In this document: piece after piece, positions 37,463-54,305 of the stretch
Layout: each line of letters opens with the position of its first letter
How positions within the stretch are numbered: position 1 is the stretch's first letter
Origin: a virus
Virus genome (UHGV): UHGV-0291501
Length of the DNA stretch: 64,000 nt
Strand: one strand, 5' to 3'
The notes under the pieces: generated by a model
The model's input: the letters and a program-made list of their open reading frames with translations, nothing else
Databases searched by the model: none
Told to the model about the DNA's origin: nothing
Made by a program: the position numbers and the translations under genes

Positions 37463-37530
37463 ATGAGGTAGTATACGGTATGGTGGGGTAGGGTGAGGTC
37501 TGGTTTGGTAAGGTAGGGTCTGGTATGGGT
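37463..37530 (+). repeat. Phased pentamer tract 2A: about 13 GGTNN units
   Basis: ggtag tatac ggtat ggtgg ggtag ggtga ggtct ggttt ggtaa ggtag ggtct ggtat gggta. Confidence 0.7.
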
Positions 37531-37588
37531 AGTTAGTCTCAGCTACATTAAAATGAGACTTACCTTTTTAAAAGGTCTTTAAGAGGGT
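37527..37588 (+). repeat. 62-bp hairpin module, copy 2 (identical to 36116-36177)
   Basis: Same 62-bp string as copy 1, compared by eye base for base. Confidence 0.75.
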
Positions 37589-37596
37589 CTTTTAAC

Positions 37597-37665
37597 AAGG
37601 TTAGGTTAGGTCTGGTGTGGTAGGGTTAGGTGGGGTTAGGTTTGGTATAGTTTGGAAGGATGGCA
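37597..37665 (+). repeat. Phased pentamer tract 2B with telomere-like TTAGG/TTAGGG units
   Basis: ggtta ggtta ggtct ggtgt ggtag ggtta ggtgg ggtta ggttt ggtat. Confidence 0.7.
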
Positions 37666-37670
37666 GTAGC

Positions 37671-37698
37671 CTTATAAAAAATCTGCCAAATAAGCTAT
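37671..37698 (+). other. Stem-loop paralogous to 36270-36297
   Basis: tggcag-tagccttataaaaaat-ctgcca; T:A to C:G compensatory pair relative to region 1. Confidence 0.5.
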
Positions 37699-37706
37699 AA
37701 AATCTG

Positions 37707-37735
37707 TTGACAAGTCAGGTGTTATAGCTTATTTT
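37707..37735 (+). promoter_or_regulatory. Weak sigma70-like promoter candidate (TTGACA-N17-TATTTT)
   Basis: Perfect -35 but poor -10; a better -10 (tatact, about 37736) is 23 bp away, so function is uncertain. Confidence 0.25.
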
Positions 37736-37779
37736 TATACTCAATGTAATACAAAATTTAATATAACTTTGAGGTCATT

Positions 37780-38163
37780 ATGAAAAAGATTTTATTAGCT
37801 GCTGCAATGGTTATGGCAATGAATTTACCAGTCAATGCAACAGAACTTCCAAATGTGGACTTATCAGGTGTTCCAGAAGACACTTGCCAGATTGTTAAAG
37901 GTGTTGCCCTATCTAAAGGTGAACTACTTAAACCAATCTCTGAAGAGTCTTTAACAGAGATGACTGATAAGGTAACTGACTATCAGTATCGTGTTCTTGC
38001 AGAGTATTTCCTGCAATCTGCAAATATTAAAGAGAAGCACCCTGATGATATTGATGTACAGGCTATGCTCAATCATCGTATCCAGTTTAAAGAAGATTTG
38101 ATGCAAAAAGCTATGTATGGTGTTGAGTATTTCTTAGAAAACAGAAGCTGCACAGGTATTTGA
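37780..38163 (+). CDS. Secreted/periplasmic small protein, hypothetical
   Basis: N-terminal signal peptide MKKILLAAAMVMAMNLPVNA. Confidence 0.5.
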   Translation: MKKILLAAAMVMAMNLPVNATELPNVDLSGVPEDTCQIVKGVALSKGELLKPISEESLTEMTDKVTDYQYRVLAEYFLQSANIKEKHPDDIDVQAMLNHRIQFKEDLMQKAMYGVEYFLENRSCTGI

Positions 38164-38164
38164 T

Positions 38165-38377
38165 ATGGCTCTTAAAAAGTTACATCCCAGAAGCGGTTAT
38201 GGTAAGATAATTGACGATACAGACGGCTTTACAGTCTTTACAGTCATCTGTCAGGATGATTCACAGATTGAAAAGGCTCTTGACGATTATCTTAATGATG
38301 AACGTGAAAAGGTCAGAGCTACAAACATAGACTCATTAATTGATACTTCACGTAAACGGAAGAAGAAAGATGAATGA
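38165..38377 (+). CDS. Hypothetical protein
   Basis: 70-aa ORF; no motif. Confidence 0.45.
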   Translation: MALKKLHPRSGYGKIIDDTDGFTVFTVICQDDSQIEKALDDYLNDEREKVRATNIDSLIDTSRKRKKKDE

Positions 38378-38669
38378 GGTTTTTGACCCTTATGCTCCAC
38401 AAGATGATTGGGAGGCTGATAGAGAGGCTGAAATGGAGAGTTATATTTGTCCAATGGATGTAGACGAAATGAGAGACTTCGTTGCACATCGTTTTAAGAG
38501 AGAGATTAAATCCAGAGGTCTTTCTCAAGAGCAAGTTGCTAAAATTTGTGGTATCTCTCAGGCTCGTGTATCCAACATAATCCACCTCACTGGGAATGTT
38601 TCCCTTGAGTATATGTTGGAAGTGTGTGAAAAATTTGGTGTTAATTTTAATTTAAGGTTGGCAGACTAA
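38370..38669 (+). CDS. Small acidic protein with C-terminal XRE-type helix-turn-helix
   Basis: Start at ATG 38370 (MNEVF); HTH-like LSQEQVAKICGISQARVSNIIH; track start at 38340 is TTG. Confidence 0.5.
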   Translation: MNEVFDPYAPQDDWEADREAEMESYICPMDVDEMRDFVAHRFKREIKSRGLSQEQVAKICGISQARVSNIIHLTGNVSLEYMLEVCEKFGVNFNLRLAD

Positions 38670-38670
38670 T

Positions 38671-39030
38671 ATGAAACGTGAAAACATTATCCACTCTGAA
38701 AACTTCGCATTAGGCTTTTATGGTGTACCTACTCACCTTGAAAAGTACTATGGTGTGAAGATTCTTTCCAATCTCATTATGGCTTACAAAGATGGTAAGA
38801 TTAAGCACACTGAGAAGAAACGTGTCATGGGCTATATGGCTGTAGGCTCAGCAGTCTCAAACATTAAGCTGGAAACAACTAGCAGTCAGATTGTAAAAGA
38901 CCACTTCATCAAAGAGCTTTACCACAATCTTGATGGTGTAGATGTTCAGGCTGTTTGGCTGGATGTTGATGGTCACAACTACACAAGTTTTGTTTTCAAA
39001 AACGACGACATTAAGTGCTTGTTCCCATAA
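38671..39030 (+). CDS. Hypothetical protein
   Basis: 119-aa ORF; no motif. Confidence 0.45.
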   Translation: MKRENIIHSENFALGFYGVPTHLEKYYGVKILSNLIMAYKDGKIKHTEKKRVMGYMAVGSAVSNIKLETTSSQIVKDHFIKELYHNLDGVDVQAVWLDVDGHNYTSFVFKNDDIKCLFP

Positions 39031-39037
39031 TAGGTGA

Positions 39038-39559
39038 TTGATTATGATTGATATCTACTTACAAGATGCTCATGCAGATTTCCTTAAAGAGATGCTTAAA
39101 AAGTTTATGGCTTCACAGTATGAGAATGAAGCATCTTTTAAAATAGTTACATGTGGCGACGAAGCTGGTTTTGTTGAGATTGAACATGAAGGTACTGGAA
39201 AGACTGTTTGCAAGTTACCTGATAGTATGTTCTCTAGCACGTTCTTAACAAAGACTAGTATAAATATTAAGCTTGTTCCACAGATTGAAACATACTCTGG
39301 TACAGATTACCCTAAAGGCTTCAAGTCACTGATGAAACACTTCTTAGATGACTTTGTGAGTAATCTTCTAAGTGAGGTAACAGAAAGTCGTACAATATTG
39401 ACTGTAGAGAACATCGGAGGGACTATCAGGGTTACTTCTGACCGCTACTCAATGAGCCTCTTCGACTTCGTTCCTAAGAATTTTGATGGTATTCTGGATG
39501 AAGAAGATGACTGTGTAGACTTTATATTGGTTCTTGAGCCAGTTTTTGAGGTTAAATAA
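39038..39559 (+). CDS. Hypothetical protein
   Basis: 173-aa ORF; no motif. Confidence 0.45.
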   Translation: MIMIDIYLQDAHADFLKEMLKKFMASQYENEASFKIVTCGDEAGFVEIEHEGTGKTVCKLPDSMFSSTFLTKTSINIKLVPQIETYSGTDYPKGFKSLMKHFLDDFVSNLLSEVTESRTILTVENIGGTIRVTSDRYSMSLFDFVPKNFDGILDEEDDCVDFILVLEPVFEVK

Positions 39560-39820
39560 ATGAAAATTGAACACTGCTATGAGTCTGATGGAACACCTAT
39601 CCGATGTCCACATTGCGGGTGTACAGACTTACAAGGTGAGGTAAGTGAAATAGTCAACGGTCATATTGCTGAAGAAAGTACCCGATGCACAGGGTGTAAT
39701 GAAATTATCGCTTTCTGGGCTTATGGTTCATACCAACCCTCTCCACATTTTATCTACCATCGTAGTAAAGTTGTGAAGAGTGTCATCAACTGGTTCATTA
39801 AGAAAGGGTTTACAAAATGA
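39560..39820 (+). CDS. Small zinc-ribbon protein
   Basis: CPHCGC ... CTGCN pattern; stop overlaps DHFR start (ATGA). Confidence 0.45.
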   Translation: MKIEHCYESDGTPIRCPHCGCTDLQGEVSEIVNGHIAEESTRCTGCNEIIAFWAYGSYQPSPHFIYHRSKVVKSVINWFIKKGFTK

Positions 39821-40362
39821 TTAAGCTAATATTTGCAAGTGGTGAAAACGGTGAATTTGGTACTCCAACTGGTATGCCGTGGCCTCGACATAAACAGGAC
39901 ATGCAAGAGTTTAAGAGACTCACTAAAAATAACTTAGTAGTCATGGGTAATGAGACTTTTAAGACTCTGGGTAGTAAACCTCTACCAGAACGTGCAAACC
40001 TAATCTTAACAAATTCTGTACCATACTTAGGTATAGATTTTGGCAAAGATGGTGTAATGTATGCTAAGGCCAGCAAAGAATCCTTTGGAGCATTTTTGAA
40101 GTATCTTGATAGCTCTATTGATGAAGATGTCTTTGTAATTGGTGGTGCAGGTGTCCTTGTCAATGCTTTACCGTATGCTGGTGTGGTGTTCCATACAGTC
40201 TTCCATAAAGTTACTGAAGAGGCTACTGTGCATTTACCTTTTGAAAACTTCTTTGAGAAGCTGTATGATAACCGTGTATTTACAAAGGTACAGTCAAAAC
40301 CATCAGAGGATGGTAAAGCAACTTTTGAAATTTATGTTCCACAAGTAAAAGGACACTTTTGA
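39817..40362 (+). CDS. frd: Dihydrofolate reductase
   Basis: Motifs GMPWPRHKQDMQEFKRLT and VVMGNETFKTLG; directly upstream of thymidylate synthase. Confidence 0.8.
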   Translation: MIKLIFASGENGEFGTPTGMPWPRHKQDMQEFKRLTKNNLVVMGNETFKTLGSKPLPERANLILTNSVPYLGIDFGKDGVMYAKASKESFGAFLKYLDSSIDEDVFVIGGAGVLVNALPYAGVVFHTVFHKVTEEATVHLPFENFFEKLYDNRVFTKVQSKPSEDGKATFEIYVPQVKGHF

Positions 40363-40363
40363 T

Positions 40364-41263
40364 ATGTCACAAGCAGATTCAAGTTACAAAAATATCCTGA
40401 ACCATGTTTTATCCGTTGGTGAACTGCGTACTACACGAACTGGAGATGTTATCTCTGCATTTGCTCCACCTCAGTTTCGTTTTGATATGCGAACTGGTTT
40501 CCCGCTCTTAACATCTAAACAGGTGTTTACACGGCAAGTCATTGGGGAAGCTTTATGGTTCCTGAATGGTGAGAATAAACTTGGTGAACTCCGTTATCGC
40601 ACTTGGGGTGAAAATGATGGAGAACGTTGGACTATCTGGTCAGATGATTTTAAACGTTGGTTAAGCTCTAACTATTCTTCTGAGCAAGACTGGTTAGAAG
40701 ATGCAGGTGGGAGAATCTACGGGGTTCAGTGGAGAAACTTTGAAGGTCATAATGGTTGTGTTGTAGACCAGTTAGAAACCTTAGTAACGAAGATGAAAGG
40801 TGATATCACAGACCGTTACATGCTTGTTAATGCTTGGAATGCAGCAGATATTGCAGCAAACTCAATGGCTTTAGCACCTTGTCATGTTCTGTTTCAGATT
40901 TATATCACCAACGAAGGTGAAGTTGACTTGCAATGGTATCAGCGTTCTGTAGACACCTTTTTAGGGCTTCCATTTAATATTGCGTCTTATGGTTTTATTC
41001 TGGAAGTTCTTTGCAAGATGACTGGATACACTCCACGATACTTGATAGGTGTCTTTGGGGATACTCAGATTTACCAGAACCATATGAAGCAGGTTTATGA
41101 ACTGATGAACAATGAAGAGTTCCATGCACCTACTTTTGAGATTGGTGTACAACTTAACACCTTAAGTGACTTAAAACATCTTACTGCAAGTAACTTTATT
41201 GGTGGCATCAACAACTACAAACATGCAGGAAAGATTGAAGCACCTTTGTCAGTAGGTAAATAA
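40364..41263 (+). CDS. thyA: Thymidylate synthase
   Basis: Hallmarks RTGDVISAFAPPQFRFDM, active-site ALAPCHVLFQIY, YQRSVDTFLGLPFNIASY. Confidence 0.9.
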   Translation: MSQADSSYKNILNHVLSVGELRTTRTGDVISAFAPPQFRFDMRTGFPLLTSKQVFTRQVIGEALWFLNGENKLGELRYRTWGENDGERWTIWSDDFKRWLSSNYSSEQDWLEDAGGRIYGVQWRNFEGHNGCVVDQLETLVTKMKGDITDRYMLVNAWNAADIAANSMALAPCHVLFQIYITNEGEVDLQWYQRSVDTFLGLPFNIASYGFILEVLCKMTGYTPRYLIGVFGDTQIYQNHMKQVYELMNNEEFHAPTFEIGVQLNTLSDLKHLTASNFIGGINNYKHAGKIEAPLSVGK

Positions 41264-41308
41264 AACAAAAAAGGCTCCCGTCAAAAGGAGCCTTAAAATT
41301 TTATTTTT
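41258..41308. terminator. Bidirectional terminator between convergent genes
   Basis: 8-bp stem aaggctcc/ggagcctt with U-rich tracts on both strands; between thyA (plus) and 41301..41672 (minus). Confidence 0.5.
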
Positions 41309-41672
41309 CAGTATTCTTTGTGTTCTTCTCAGTAATAGCTTGGAGGGCTGATACTGATTGAGCCAGATTATTCACACTGTCAGAGAATTTATCAAGAGTT
41401 TTGGTAAGTTTTGCGTTTTCACCCTTAACATTCTCTAACTGAACTTTCTGGTTCTCCATCCCTAGCTGAATCAGTCTCATGTCAGACTGTAAATCACGAA
41501 TAGCTGAATAATTACTTTTGGAATAATTATCTAACTGTTGTAACTTTGTTGTGATAGACACTTCTTGCTTACCATCCGAGACTTGCATGGTGGTATACAT
41601 CCCAATAACACTAAAAATACCAACTACAATTGCACCAATATTATTTTTAAAAGCTTCCTCTAGCCACTTCAT
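41301..41672 (-). CDS. Membrane-anchored coiled-coil protein, hypothetical
   Basis: N-terminal TM helix (IGAIVVGIFSVIGMYTT) then long helical region; downstream of tail fibres. Confidence 0.4.
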   Translation of the reverse strand: MKWLEEAFKNNIGAIVVGIFSVIGMYTTMQVSDGKQEVSITTKLQQLDNYSKSNYSAIRDLQSDMRLIQLGMENQKVQLENVKGENAKLTKTLDKFSDSVNNLAQSVSALQAITEKNTKNTEK

Positions 41673-41866
41673 TTATTCTCCCCCTTAAAAGCTTTTTCTA
41701 AGTTATCTACGAACTCATCATCAATAGGTGTGTCTGTTTTACTCGCAAGGTATCTTGCAAGCCTAAAGAACACTTTCTCAATCATGTATTCACTTAGAAG
41801 GGATAAAATGAGTTTCCAGAAGAAGCTACCTAGATTTTTTAGAAGAATTGCTAGGATTGTAGGCAT
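41669..41866 (-). CDS. Small membrane protein, hypothetical
   Basis: 65 aa with one hydrophobic helix; holin-like size but no lysis enzyme adjacent. Confidence 0.35.
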   Translation of the reverse strand: MPTILAILLKNLGSFFWKLILSLLSEYMIEKVFFRLARYLASKTDTPIDDEFVDNLEKAFKGENK

Positions 41867-41945
41867 TTAATCACCTCATCAGCCAAGATGGTGAGAATAC
41901 CCATAAAGAATATTAACACCATCTTAACAATCAGTCAACAAGGGA

Positions 41946-44336
41946 TTAAGCAGTTCTCACCCAAGCCATTAACTTGTAGAACTGGTTAGTAACACTAAAT
42001 GCTGAACCAGAACCTGTACCACCAGTGTTACCACTAACTGTATGAGTGTGAGCACCGATACCTACAGAGTGGGTGTGAGCACCAGTGTTACTTGTAGTAC
42101 CAGACCATGTGTGTGTATGGTTACCAGTTGTGTTAGTGTTAGGGAATTTGTTATCTTTTCTATCAAGCCAGTCAAGAGTTCTTGTCTTGCTGTTGCTAAC
42201 AGTTGTGTAACCATACTGAGCATCACCACCATTAACCAATAGCAGACCTAAGTGGTGAGCGTGGTTACCAGCAGCACTTGTTGTACCACTTACAGAGTGA
42301 GTATGACCACCAGTGCTATTAGTGTTCTTCGTACCATAATCAAAAGATGAAGTGGTAGCAGAGAAACTATGGGTGTGTGATGGTAAGTTACCAACAGCTA
42401 ACGTCACAGAATCTGAACCGCCAGTTGTAGCAACATCTGAACCGTTTGCTGCTGCAACCCTGATAGTTCTACCAACACCATTGTTAAGGTACGTCCAAGT
42501 TAGACCAGGAAGTGCCGTATTAGGGTCAACATTACTGTTAAACCATGTTACAATACCTACTGGATAGATTTTGTTAAGGTCTGTAGAGTCACTTACTGCC
42601 TGTGCAATCTTCTGGTCAGTTTCAGCTTTAGTGTATGCACCAATATCTGAAGGGGTTGGTTTAAAGGCAGTTGTATAAATCTGTGCTTCCCCAGCATATC
42701 TGCCATCTTTGTCATAGGCATAGGTAAATGTTGCCAGTCCATTTGAGCCATACACAAAAGAGATTCCTCTTGCATGTGCAGCAGTCTTATTAGAGTGAGC
42801 AACATGAATTGCCAATTCTCTCAGTCCACTAGCAACCTGATTGTTTCTGACAAAACCTGAGTACCCAAGATTAAACCCTGAAGGGTTTTCAAGGTTATCT
42901 ACAGATACTGTCATTAAGGATTGGTTTAATAACTGAGTTTTAACAAAATATCTAGCATCTAAGTTAGAAAAGTTCGAAGGTTGAACTTGACCAGTAATGG
43001 CTAAATTCTTATTCGCAACAATTGCTGATGGTTCAAGGGCAATTTGAGTACCAGAGTAACTATTGTTTAAGGTTACCACATTAGAGTTTGGGCCACCTAC
43101 GCCTAACCACCACCTCGATACGTTCGCGGTATCCACACCACGGATATATAGTGGTTGCCCCTGTGTCAAGTTTCTTAATACTAAACCTTCGTTATTTGAT
43201 ACGATAGTCTGCACATTCACGAAAGTGTTTGCCACATTAAGTTTAGGGAGATTACTCAAAGTAGCTGCTGGAATATATCTAGAGTCAATATTAGCCCAAT
43301 CAGAAGGCTGAACTTGACCAGTGATTCTGAAGTCCTTGTTTACTGCGACATGCCCATTGTCAAGTCTAAGATAAGAACCATACACATAGTTGCTGATGAA
43401 TACAGCAGGTGTATTATCACCATTTCCTACATACCACTTGCCAGAACCATCATTAGCTTCGGCTTTAACGTATAGTGCAGCATTTGCTACAGTATTTTTC
43501 AACCTTAAAGCAGCACTGTCACTGATAATAAGTAGGTTCCTGCTAAACGTGTTAGTGCCAGTGAAATTGTTATTGGCAGCTAACTGTGCAAATCTCTGAT
43601 TAGCCACTGTCTGAGTGAAGTATCTAGCATCTAAGTTAGAGAAGTCAGAAGGCTGAACTTGACCAGTGATTGATAAAGACCTATTAAAAGAAGCAGTCGT
43701 GCCTAGAGTGAGGATGGAACCTTGTTTACTCTCGATTTGAACATCAAGACTGCCCCTAATCAGGTTCCCAATAGCCCAAGTTTTTTCATTACTTGCGTCC
43801 CTACCTACAATAGCAGAGTATGCGCTATCCCCACTCACAGGAGATTTTAGTGTTAACTGTTCCCCATTTGCGATGATAGTCTGTTTAGAATTGAATGAGT
43901 TTGTAACAGCAAGCCTTGCATATCTTGCATCATTCTCTTCATTAGTTCTCATCCCAAGTTCATTAGGGCTTGGCTTATTCAGAGTATGATAAACAGTTGC
44001 CGACCTTGAAGTGTCTGCAATAGTCAGTTTAAGGCCATTTGCGTTGATTTTAAAAGTCTTTAAAACATCCCCAATATTAATCTCAGAAGAGCCTGTTGGG
44101 TTAAATACTACCTTACCACCATAAAGTAACTTAACAATCCCTAAGTCACCTGTCATAGTGCTACCAGCAATCTGAACAAATCTCTCAAGTTTAAAAGATG
44201 CTAAGAAATCTTGATAGGTCATTCGACGGTCTTCATCGCCAAGCATTTCAGGTCTCTTTTTAACTCTGACATGAAGAAGGTCATCTGAACGGATTGTATC
44301 GATTGAGTTTAATTCACTCAACTTGTAATCTGCCAT
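41946..44336 (-). CDS. Tail fibre protein with His-rich (HxH repeat) C-terminal tip
   Basis: 796 aa; C-terminal GNHTHT / GAHTHS / GAHTHT repeats like the metal-binding HxH motifs of T4-type fibre tips; C-terminus paralogous to 44383..45570. Confidence 0.7.
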   Translation of the reverse strand: MADYKLSELNSIDTIRSDDLLHVRVKKRPEMLGDEDRRMTYQDFLASFKLERFVQIAGSTMTGDLGIVKLLYGGKVVFNPTGSSEINIGDVLKTFKINANGLKLTIADTSRSATVYHTLNKPSPNELGMRTNEENDARYARLAVTNSFNSKQTIIANGEQLTLKSPVSGDSAYSAIVGRDASNEKTWAIGNLIRGSLDVQIESKQGSILTLGTTASFNRSLSITGQVQPSDFSNLDARYFTQTVANQRFAQLAANNNFTGTNTFSRNLLIISDSAALRLKNTVANAALYVKAEANDGSGKWYVGNGDNTPAVFISNYVYGSYLRLDNGHVAVNKDFRITGQVQPSDWANIDSRYIPAATLSNLPKLNVANTFVNVQTIVSNNEGLVLRNLTQGQPLYIRGVDTANVSRWWLGVGGPNSNVVTLNNSYSGTQIALEPSAIVANKNLAITGQVQPSNFSNLDARYFVKTQLLNQSLMTVSVDNLENPSGFNLGYSGFVRNNQVASGLRELAIHVAHSNKTAAHARGISFVYGSNGLATFTYAYDKDGRYAGEAQIYTTAFKPTPSDIGAYTKAETDQKIAQAVSDSTDLNKIYPVGIVTWFNSNVDPNTALPGLTWTYLNNGVGRTIRVAAANGSDVATTGGSDSVTLAVGNLPSHTHSFSATTSSFDYGTKNTNSTGGHTHSVSGTTSAAGNHAHHLGLLLVNGGDAQYGYTTVSNSKTRTLDWLDRKDNKFPNTNTTGNHTHTWSGTTSNTGAHTHSVGIGAHTHTVSGNTGGTGSGSAFSVTNQFYKLMAWVRTA

Positions 44337-44349
44337 TATAAATTTTCCT

Positions 44350-44372
44350 CTTAAAAGGGGCTATCAAGCCCC
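44350..44372 (-). terminator. Rho-independent terminator (short U tract)
   Basis: Hairpin ggggct-atca-agcccc followed on minus strand by UUUUAA. Confidence 0.45.
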
Positions 44373-44382
44373 TGTAAAGAAA

Positions 44383-45570
44383 TTAAGCTGTTCTCTGCCA
44401 TACATACAGTACAAAGGATGGCTGCTCAATGTTGAAAGCTTGTCCACCACCAACACTATTAGTGTTCCCGCTATGCGTATGTTCAGAAGAAGAAACTGTT
44501 ACAGTACCATTGTGTGTATGTGAACCAATACCAACTGTGTGGCTGTGAGCACCAATACCAACCGTATGGTTGTGGTTACCAGTTGTGTTAGTGGTAACAC
44601 TGAAAGAGTGGCTGTGAGCACCAGCGACTTCACAGACAGCATCTGCTGAGTACCATGATTGGTCATTTCTTGAAGACCAAACCATTGCAGGTCTTTCAGA
44701 TAAACCACCACCTGATTCATAGGTCAATCTGTGGTTGTGAGCACCAGCAGCACTTGTTGACCCACTGCCAACATGGTTGTGGTTACCAGTCGTGTTAGTG
44801 GTCTTTGTTCCATAGTCAAAAGAGTTGGTAGTCTTAGTTCCATAATCAAAAGCTGAAATTGACACAGTTGCATTATGAGTGTGACCACCACCACTAAGAG
44901 ACACGGAGTGTGAATGTTGAGGCATGTTATTAACTGACAAAGTAACAGTTGAAGCACCAAATACAGAACCTGCTGGTCTTGTGTCAGAGTCATAACCAAC
45001 CAATGCTCTACCTTTTGAAACTAACTCCCAAGTTCCTCCACAAATTAAATACGTAGAAGGGTTTGCAGAGTTCATGGAAAGATGGATAGTACCTACTGGA
45101 TAAGAAGCCTGAACAGCCTTGTACAAGTTATTTACTGCTCTTGCTGTAGCGTACTTGTCTGCATCTTCGTTATAAAGGTTCGATGTTGTCCAGTTCTGGA
45201 CATTGCTCAACCCTACCTGTGCCTTAGTTGTATTGTGTGGGTTGCTCTTGTCTTGAATATGCTGTTGAACAAGATTATTAACCTCTTCTGAAGACATAAT
45301 CTGTAGATTTGCTCTTGCCTGAGCTACATTAGTAACGTCTGATAAGTTATTTGCAGCAACTAACTGAAGAGCATTGATAACGTTATCTAAACCAATTTGT
45401 GTTTTAGTAACACCATGAGGGTTATTTCTTAGGCTTGAGTGTGGAGCAAGTAATTGCTCAAGAGTGCATCTCTTATCCTCAATACCCTGCTTAAGATGGA
45501 AGATATCACTAAGGTCAATTGGTAAGGCTGCTTGAGGCAAGGCACTAATTTGAATTTCACCTACCGCCAT
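44383..45570 (-). CDS. Tail fibre protein (second, shorter) with HxH-repeat C-terminus
   Basis: 395 aa; GNHNH / GAHSHS / GSHTHN repeats; internal tandem duplication FDYGTKTTN x2; C-terminus ends QRTA like the longer fibre (VRTA). Confidence 0.7.
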   Translation of the reverse strand: MAVGEIQISALPQAALPIDLSDIFHLKQGIEDKRCTLEQLLAPHSSLRNNPHGVTKTQIGLDNVINALQLVAANNLSDVTNVAQARANLQIMSSEEVNNLVQQHIQDKSNPHNTTKAQVGLSNVQNWTTSNLYNEDADKYATARAVNNLYKAVQASYPVGTIHLSMNSANPSTYLICGGTWELVSKGRALVGYDSDTRPAGSVFGASTVTLSVNNMPQHSHSVSLSGGGHTHNATVSISAFDYGTKTTNSFDYGTKTTNTTGNHNHVGSGSTSAAGAHNHRLTYESGGGLSERPAMVWSSRNDQSWYSADAVCEVAGAHSHSFSVTTNTTGNHNHTVGIGAHSHTVGIGSHTHNGTVTVSSSEHTHSGNTNSVGGGQAFNIEQPSFVLYVWQRTA

Positions 45571-45572
45571 TA

Positions 45573-53591
<8,019 letters not shown>

Positions 53592-53592
<1 letters not shown>

Positions 53593-53831
53593 TACATTTT
53601 TCCTGCTCTTCTAAGTTCGTTGTAAGCAATTTCCTCTTTATACGACCTCTGAATCTCAAGAAATTGTCTCAATGATAATAAATCAGAGAATGTCATAGCA
53701 AAGAGTTGGTCAAGTGTTTCTTTACACCCTTCCATACCATAAATAGCAAGCACAAATTTCATCTCGTCTGCTTCTTCATAGGTTGCCTCTACAGCAGCAT
53801 CAGTTAGTGGTGTCTGTAGAGTGTTACCCAT
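53592..53831 (-). CDS. Tail assembly chaperone, -1 frame extension segment (gpT-like)
   Basis: ORF in -1 frame relative to 53834..54232 and open across the overlap; see slippery site. Confidence 0.55.
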
Positions 53832-53833
53832 GT

Positions 53834-54232
53834 TTACTGAGAAGTTAGGCTTTTGAAAATGCTTGCTTCGAAAAAACTTCCGAAGTTTGCCTCCAGCGCA
53901 AATGCTAAGTAATCAATAAACTCACCGTAGTTTGCTTGGAAGTACGTATCAATATTAAGTGGGAAGTCATCAACAGTTGCCCCTTGAAATAACAGGGTAG
54001 CCATTTCTTCAAGGTTAATTTCTTCAATTCTGTCAAAACAAGCTTCAACAAGTTCTTTAAATGGAACCATTGGAGCTTCTTTCTTACCCTTGTCAGTCAG
54101 ACTTGACAGCATCTGTGCAAAAGTTGGAACAACAATTTTACCCAACTTCATAGACATCTTAATACCATCTCTTGCCCCAAGCAGAACGATATTTACTTTC
54201 TTACCATTAATTACTCTAGATTCTGTTTTCAT
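53834..54232 (-). CDS. Tail assembly chaperone (gpG-like)
   Basis: 132-aa ORF between tail tube and tape measure genes; contains slippery heptamer near its 3-prime end. Confidence 0.55.
   Translation of the reverse strand: MKTESRVINGKKVNIVLLGARDGIKMSMKLGKIVVPTFAQMLSSLTDKGKKEAPMVPFKELVEACFDRIEEINLEEMATLLFQGATVDDFPLNIDTYFQANYGEFIDYLAFALEANFGSFFEASIFKSLTSQ
53870..53876 (-). promoter_or_regulatory. Programmed -1 ribosomal frameshift slippery heptamer U_UUU_UUC
   Basis: Minus-strand ttttttc in the 0 frame as agt ttt ttc (S F F); the -1 frame stays open from here through the 53592..53831 ORF. Confidence 0.5.
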
Positions 54233-54261
54233 TGTGATTCCTTAATACTTTTAAAAGAAAC

Positions 54262-54297
54262 AAAAAAGGGGAAGACCTTTTAAAGTCTCCCCCTTAT
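54262..54297 (-). terminator. Rho-independent terminator (bulged stem, U6 tract)
   Basis: Minus-strand RNA GGGGAGAC-UUUAAAAG-GUCUUCCCC then UUUUUUGUUUC; downstream of tail tube gene. Confidence 0.45.
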
Positions 54298-54305
54298 AGG
54301 ATTTA

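Noticed and set aside
37463-37530. E. coli Chi site (GCTGGTGG) within the G/T-rich tracts
   Set aside because: Only partial matches (tggtgg without the preceding GC) were seen; no exact octamer found by eye.
37707-37741. Strong sigma70 promoter TTGACA ... TATACT upstream of gene 37780
   Set aside because: The good -10 (TATACT) is 23 bp from the -35, too far for sigma70; only a weak TATTTT sits at 17 bp, so kept as a low-confidence feature only.
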